Below are positions 57,601 to 64,000 of a DNA stretch of 64,000 nt, one piece after another. The first letter of the stretch is position 1. Each line of letters begins with the position of its first letter. The position numbers and the translations under genes were made by a program. The stretch covers positions 2,190,131 to 2,254,130 of the forward strand of contig NC_134033.1 of assembly GCF_964204645.1 (NCBI RefSeq). Reading direction: 5' to 3'. The notes under the pieces are model-generated. The model was not told the origin of the DNA. It was given only the letters and a program-made list of their open reading frames with translations, and searched no databases. The stretch is from Tubulanus polymorphus. Lineage: Eukaryota > Animalia > Nemertea.

Positions 57601-60600
57601 CAGTGCGTCTACACTGCAGTGTGGTGTATAAATCGGTGATGGATTTTGTTAGTACACCGCACTGTGGTGTATTGATGTCATTAGCAATTAGCTTTTAACT
57701 GTATTGAAAGATGGCAGCATCTGTCAAACATAGTGAAATATTAGTAACTAACGATACACTGCATTATGGTGTAGACGCACTATAGTGGTATTAATTAGTC
57801 AGTACTGAAACGGTTAAACTTATTCTGACAGTGGTGCTGCTGAACCTGGAAAACTCACGGTATGTCAGAGTGGGCAAAATCTAGGAAAGTAATCATGGGG
57901 AAAAAAGAGAATTTGTTGTCAAATACTGAGTAAGAGTTTGAGAAATACAGTAGACTCTGTCTCTTACCGCGGTAAAGTTGAGACCGGTAAAATTCTATTT
58001 ACCCCGAGTTGGTGTCAAATACCGAGTAAGAGTTGATGAAATACAGTAGACTCTGTCTCTTACTGCGGTAAAGTTGAGACCGGTAAAATTCTATTTACCC
58101 CGAGTTGGTGTCAAATACCGAGTAAGAGTTTGTGAAAAACAGTAGACTCTGTCTCTTACTGCGGTAAAGTTGAGACCGGTAAAATTCTACCGCTGGTGTC
58201 AAATACCGAGTAAGAGTTTGTGAAATACAGTAGACTCTGTCTCTTACTGCGATAAAATTGAGACCGCTTAAATTCTACCCCGAGTTGGTGTCAAATACCG
58301 AGTAAGAGTTTGTGAAATACAGTAGACTCTGTCACTTACTGCGGTAAAGTTGAGACTGGTAAAATTCTACCCCGAGTTGGTGTCAAATACCGAGTAAGAG
58401 TTTGTGAAATACAGTAGACTCTCTCTCTTACTGCGGTAAAGTTGAGACTGGTAAAATTCTACCCCTAGTGTCAAATATTAGAATATTCGCGATGAATTTG
58501 TTATTTTTCTTTTCAGACCAGTCGAAAAGTTCAGTTGTGAAAATATGATCTATCGTTACTACTATGATGATGATTATGGAGCAGCTCATCCTTTTTACAT
58601 AAGAGGTTCTTTGAAAATCATACGCCAAAATGGTAAATGATGATTTCATGAAATATCGTCTTATTTAGATTACAAAATTTTATCCCAGCCAGATTTACGA
58701 TTGATCCATTTGCGCAGTTGAGTGGGTTTAATTTGACTCTGAACCCAGTTCTATAGTTGTAGGGGATTAATTTGACTCGGCACCCAATCCAACCGTTGTG
58801 TGGGTTTAATTTGACTCTGATCTCAGTTCAACAGTTGTGTCTGGGATTAATTTGACTTTAAATCAAGTTCCACAGTTGTGTGGGTTTAATTTGACTCTGA
58901 TCTCAGTTCCACGGGTGTGTCTGGGATTAATTTGATTCTAAATCAAGTTCCACAGTTGTGTGGGTTTGATTTGACTCTGACCCCAGTTCAACAGTTGAGT
59001 GGGTTTAATTTGACTGAATCCAGTTCAACAGTTATGTAAGGGATCATTCATTTATTACGTACACATTAGGGGAGGGGGGAGGGGTCAGTGCAATTGCGTA
59101 CTGTAATGCTTAATGTATATGAAAAATTGTGCGATTCTGCATAAAGGGGGGGAGGGGGTTGAAAATTCAAATTTTATGCGTACGTAATAAATTAATGATC
59201 CCTAAGTCAAATTTGACTTCTTAAAGTTAAATTTGACTTAGGATCCAGTTCCACAGTTGTGTGTGTTTAATTTGACTCTGGATCCAGATTAACAGTTGTG
59301 TACATTAGAATATTGACTCTGGACCCAGTTCCACAGTTGTCTAGGTTTAATTTGAGTTGAGACCTCGTTGGTTTAAATTGATCTCCGTTTCTTGATTTTG
59401 CATCTTTCAGTCACTATAAAACTGCCATGTTCCGGCTACGTGGCCGAACGATCTTTCAACTTGTCTAAATTGGTCGAGATACATTTAATTCGCGGGAAAG
59501 ACATGCATCGAAAATGGGACGGACCGTTTACCCTGAACAGCTCGGATTATGACTTGATCGGTAGGTTTGATCGTGGAACGGCCCCGTACGCTCTCAGACG
59601 TAGAAAATAGATATAATGAAGTAAAAACCCTCTTAATCAGAGCTGTCCCTGATTGTCAGCGACAGTCATTGAAAATGCCTCGCATGTCGGTGGTTTTTTG
59701 ATGCTTAGAAAATATATTGCTTTCGCCTGAAACTATTTTCCACTGTCTCTTTGAAGATCGTTCTAATTCTTCAAATTTTCCTTACCGCGTCGACAGGGGC
59801 TCGTATCAGAGTTGTAGGTCATGTAAAAACGATAATCTGTTAATCCAATGTATATAGTATTTGTAAAATAACAAGGGGGCTAACGACGCTCAGGCGATTT
59901 CGGCCGTAATTTCGCGTTCAAAGACATATAATTCACGAACTATTCATTGGAAGTTAACGGGATTAGTTTCGTTAGAAGCAGAAAGCTATTAGCTTTGATA
60001 TCATGCCTGGATTGTCAAAATCGGATGAGAAATGACGAAATAGTAAGCGACTGAAGTTGAGTAGTTTGTGAGCGTCGTTAGCCCCCTTGTTATTTTATAT
60101 ATACTATATACATTGGATTAACAGATTATCGTTTTTATATTACCTACAACTCTGATACGAGCCGCTGTGGACGCGTCACACGTTTTTGTTGCTGATGTGA
60201 TGATTGATAGGTTGGCAGGCCTGCACTATATACAGATTAAAAATATACGTAATTGGTTCATCAACAATTAAGATCATCGGACGTATCATTCTGACAAAAT
60301 GCTCCCCCTCTCCCTCTCTCTCCCTCCCCCTCCCTCTCCTCTCTCTCTCCTCTTCAGAGACCATTGTCAGAAGTCAACACCAGTCTAGGCAACTTAAGGC
60401 CTGTCTAATCCCATTTTGGTTCTATAGCGAATCTAACAACTTAAGACCAATCAAAACTCATTTTGGTTCTATAACGAATCTAACAACTTAAGACCAGTCT
60501 AAACTCATTTGGGTTCTATAACCAATCTAACAACTTAAGACCAGTCTAAGCTCATTTTGGTTCTATAACCAATCTAACAACTTAAGACCAGTCTAAGCTC

Positions 60601-63600
60601 ATTTTGGTTCTATAACCAATCTAACAACTTAAGACCAGTCTAAGCTCATTTTGGTTCTATAACCAATCTAACAACTTAAGACCAGTCTAAGCTCATTTTG
60701 GTTCTATAACCAATCTAACAACTTAAGACCAGTCTAAGCTCATTTTGGTTCTATAGCCAATCTAACAACTTAAGACCAGTCTGAACTCATATTTGTTCCA
60801 TTACCAATCTAACAACTTAAGACCAGTCTAAACTCATTTTGGTTCTATAACCAATCTAACAACTTACGACCAGTCTGAGCTCATTTTAGTTCAATAACCA
60901 ATCTAACAACTTAAGACCAGTCTAAACTCATTTTGGTTCTATAACAATCTAACAACTTAAAACCCATCTAATAGAATGAACTTAGACGCTGAGAAAAGAC
61001 AATAATAAGATAAGAACCCGCTGTATATATAGGCTTGAAGGATTTAGAATTAAATTCATTCAGCAAAAATAGAAATCGTAAGACGGCGCGTTTCAGACTC
61101 CCCCGCAATTCTTTCTCATCTCGTCCGGAAAAAAACGAATAAGATTTATTGAAAAAAAAAAATGATTATTTTCAAAGTCTTTTCTTTTCATTTTGCGAAT
61201 GAATATTTTGCCTGATGATTTTATTGGTTTTTGTCGATTTGCAGACGGCGTCAAGATAAACTCCGTTCATATGGAGAAACCGTTTAGACGAGAAGTAAAA
61301 GACGGCACCCCTTTGTATCGTAAATACGTCCAGGTCAGTGTCGCACATAACGCAAAATCAGGTTACCTTGAATATCATACGGCTACATCAGAGAATTCCC
61401 CATATGACATCATCATAGCTTTCTTCAAGGATCGCTCGGAAATTTGATCACGGGGATTGAAGCCATCATTCCTAGAAGGGTCTATTCATTGATGTCATAG
61501 GGGGATTGAAGGAGGAAGCCATCTGTTCTAGAAGGGTCTATTCAATGATGTCATAGGGGGATTGGAGGAAGCCATCTGTTCTAGAAGGGTCTATTCAATG
61601 ATGTCATAGGGAGATTGAAGGAGGAAGCCATCTAGAAGGGTCTATTCGATGATGTCATAGGGGGATTAAAGGAGGAAGCCATCTAGAAGGGTCTATTCAA
61701 TGATGTCATAGGGGGATTAAAGGAGGAAGCCATCTAGAAGGGTCTATTCAATGATGTCATAGGGGGATTAAAGGAGGAAGCCATCTAGAAGGGTCTATTC
61801 GATGATGTCATAGGGGGATTAAAGGAGGAAGCCATCTAGAAGGGTCTATTCAATGATGTCATAGGGGGATTAAAGGAGGAAGCCATCTAGAAGGGTCGAT
61901 GATGTCATAGGGGGATTAAAGGAGGAAGCCATCTAGAAGGGTCTATTCAATGATGTCATAGGGGGATTAAAGGAGGAAGCCATCTAGAAGGGTCTATTCA
62001 ATGATGTCATAGGGGGATTGAAGGAGGAAGCCGTCTGTTCAATGATGTCATAGGGGGATTGAAGGAGGAAGCCGTCTGTTCTAGAAGGGTCTATTCAATG
62101 ATGTCATAGGGGGAGTTTATTTAGGAAGTCATCTGACCTAGAAGGGTCTATTCAATGATGTCATAGGGGGAGTTTATTTAGGAAGTCATCTGACCTAGAA
62201 GGGTCTATTCAATGATGTCATAAGGGGAGTTTATGTAGGAAGTCATCTAACCTAGAATGGTCTATTCAATGATGTCATGTGTTATTGATTATTTACAGGT
62301 CGGTAGTGGTAAGTTACGTTTAGGTTGTATTACGCCTAATGATCCAGTTTTTACGGTGCGCTGGTTTGAGAAATGGTCAAACCGTTCGGTTCCCGTCGCG
62401 CAGGTTTGTGTCACACACTCGGAGCAGGGGCGGATCCTGGTAGGGGGGAGTTCCGAGGGTTCTGGAATACCGTCGAGCTTCGTCCGTGCCCCTCGGAGAC
62501 GCCATTAATCCATGGATTTGACGTTAAAAGCGCCCTCTTTTGGCTCGATTTGGCGTAAAGCAAGTGCCCCTGAAAATCACAAGTTTGATGTTAAGTGCCC
62601 TTTTTTCGCCGTGATTTGATATAGAAAGTGCCCTCCCCCATAATAATTAGTGCCTTTATACAATTTGGAACCCCCTCGAGATCCATGGGGTGGTTTTGAG
62701 GGTTCTGGAATACCGTTGAGCTTCGTCTGTGCCCCTAAATTCATGGATTTGTCATAAAAGCGCCCTCATTTTGCATGGTTTTGTAAGCGTAAGTAAGCGC
62801 CCCTGAAAATCACAAGTTTGATGTTAATGTCCCTACGAGACAGGGCCCTGGATCCGGCCCTGCAGAGATATCGTTCTCAAGTCGGAAGATCCGATTTGAG
62901 CGCAGTCATGTGTATTATTAATGCAGCTGTGTTTTCTATTGTTTCTAGTCATTTCTGTCGTTGAATTCGACGTGCCAGTGGTTCGTCGATGTGACGATTC
63001 CCGATTCGACCGGTGAACTGAACGTGAAGTGTCGAGCGTCCGACGTTTACGACCGAACGAAGTCCGTGCGATTTCGGATTATCGTTCAATGTAAGTACCA
63101 TTCAACCCCCTCCCCCTACACCCCTACCCCCTCCCCCCACCCACCTTCAGATTCACTCTTAACCCTTTCAGTGCGTCTACACCACAGTGCGGTGTATAAA
63201 TCGGTGATGGATTTTGCTAGTACACACATTGAATAGACCCTTCTGTACAAAGTTATTTCATATATCCTAACCCTTTCAGTGCGTCTACACCGCAGTGCGG
63301 TGTATGAATCGGTGATGGATTTTGCTAGTACACCACTGCGGTGTATTGATGTAAACAGTAATTAGTTTTTATCTCTATTGAAAGATGGCAGCACCTGTCA
63401 AACGTAGTGAAATACTAGTAACTAACGATACACCGCGCCGCGGTGTAGACACAATATAGTGGTATTCCCGTTATTCAACACACTTGGGTGGAATTTTTCA
63501 AATATTTCAAATTATCTCCAGCACTATAGGGTATTGATTAGTCAGCACTGAAAGGGTTAACCGGAAATCAGGCACAAGTCGGGAAGATTTTCTTTTCTCT

Positions 63601-63903
63601 AAAAAAGTAAGGGAATTTTGTATTAAAAAAAAAAAAACAGACAAACCAGTTATCAGGAAGAAGTCAAGGATTAGTCGGAAAAATTTTCTTTTCTATAAAG
63701 AAGTAAGGGAATTTTTTTAAAAGAAAAAAAAAGACAAAAACCAGATATCGAGAAAAAAGTCTGGGAAATTTGTTGAGATGGTCAGATCGCGTGTAAAATC
63801 AGTTTGCGTCTATGTCATACGTATTTGAATGTATCATTTGATCGGATTCTTCGCAGATCAGGGAAAACAACACGCCTGTCGGGGAATGCGATCAGATTGC
63901 TAG
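54675..63903 (+). CDS. Uncharacterised signal-peptide protein with two Ig-like domains (~368 aa; last exon tentative)
   Basis: Phase-consistent exons 54675-54822, 56612-56822, 57454-57552, 58517-58632, 59411-59560, 61245-61333, 62299-62403, 62949-63090, 63857-63903; N-terminus MRISAIASVALIVFNLISCIRCEG; VSMTC..WSWF..FSC and LRLGC..VRWF..VKCRA patterns. Confidence 0.65.
55240..55695. repeat. Degenerate ~48-bp tandem repeat
   Basis: ccaggacaaaagaaccctctgcctgaacaatagattc variants. Confidence 0.8.
56180..56457. mobile_element. piggyBac-type MITE (reverse orientation)
   Basis: TTAA target duplication, same family. Confidence 0.8.
57085..57306. mobile_element. MITE with AGGCTAAA...GATACCTTGTTTCTCCGC TIRs
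   Basis: Inverted ends, TTA flanks; related partial copy at ~18960-19133. Confidence 0.65.
57595..57813. mobile_element. piggyBac-type MITE, internally deleted
   Basis: TTAA flanks, same family. Confidence 0.75.
57916..58475. repeat. ~90-97-bp tandem repeat, ~6 copies
   Basis: tgtcaaataccgagtaagagtttgtgaaatacagtagactctg... unit. Confidence 0.9.
58715..59360. repeat. ~40-bp degenerate tandem repeat interrupted by a Harbinger-like MITE
   Basis: cagttccacagttgtgtgggtttaatttgactct units. Confidence 0.8.
59040..59202. mobile_element. PIF/Harbinger (Tourist-like) MITE
   Basis: TAA|GGGATCATT...AATGATCCC|TAA. Confidence 0.85.
59786..60176. mobile_element. MITE with ~107-bp TIRs
   Basis: 59786-59892 is the reverse complement of 60069-60176. 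Confidence 0.8.
60410..60960. repeat. 47-bp tandem array, ~11-12 copies
   Basis: Same unit as the MITE interior at 637-835. Confidence 0.95.
61452..62277. repeat. ~52-57-bp minisatellite, ~15 copies
   Basis: ctagaagggtctattcaatgatgtcatagggggattaaaggaggaagccat unit. Confidence 0.95.
62425..62842. mobile_element. MITE CAGGGGCGGATCC...GGATCCGGCCCTG with internal duplication
   Basis: TIRs; internal repeat gagggttctggaataccg occurs twice. Confidence 0.65.
63271..63556. mobile_element. piggyBac-type MITE (partial copy also at ~63163-63226)
   Basis: CCCTTTCAGTGC TIRs, TTAA at right end. Confidence 0.8.
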
Positions 63904-64000
63904 TAAATCACTCATAAAATCAAACAGTTTCTGTCTATATGTTAATGTCTATTTCAACCTGACTTGAGAGCATTCCGGGTGGCCTAGCTCAGTTAATTTT

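Noticed and set aside
61452-62277. Repeated ATGATG resembling tandem snoRNA C boxes
   Set aside because: Motif is ATGATGT within a minisatellite and has no consistent D boxes

Overview
AT-rich, intron-rich genomic DNA of a multicellular animal (probably a marine invertebrate/lophotrochozoan; not provable here), not a prokaryote. Genes were reconstructed by hand from GT-AG exon chains. In order: 3' end of a CAP-Gly-domain gene (+); RNF7/RBX2 (-); two tandem eEF1A paralogues (+, both 468 aa, same intron positions) with an intronless class A GPCR and eEF1A debris between them; a small orphan ORF (-); PCCA (20 exons, +); PUDP/HDHD1 (-); and a divergently transcribed, probably secreted protein with two Ig-like domains (+). 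Introns are full of MITEs, tRNA-derived SINEs and minisatellites. The most notable hidden elements are three copies of a box C/D snoRNA in the second eEF1A gene only (one guide for 18S Gm1271/Gm1328, one conserved guide I could not assign) and minimal hammerhead ribozymes of Penelope-like type. Both eEF1As have an Ala-Pro-Lys N-terminus in place of GKEK, and the paralogues show exon-restricted homogenisation.
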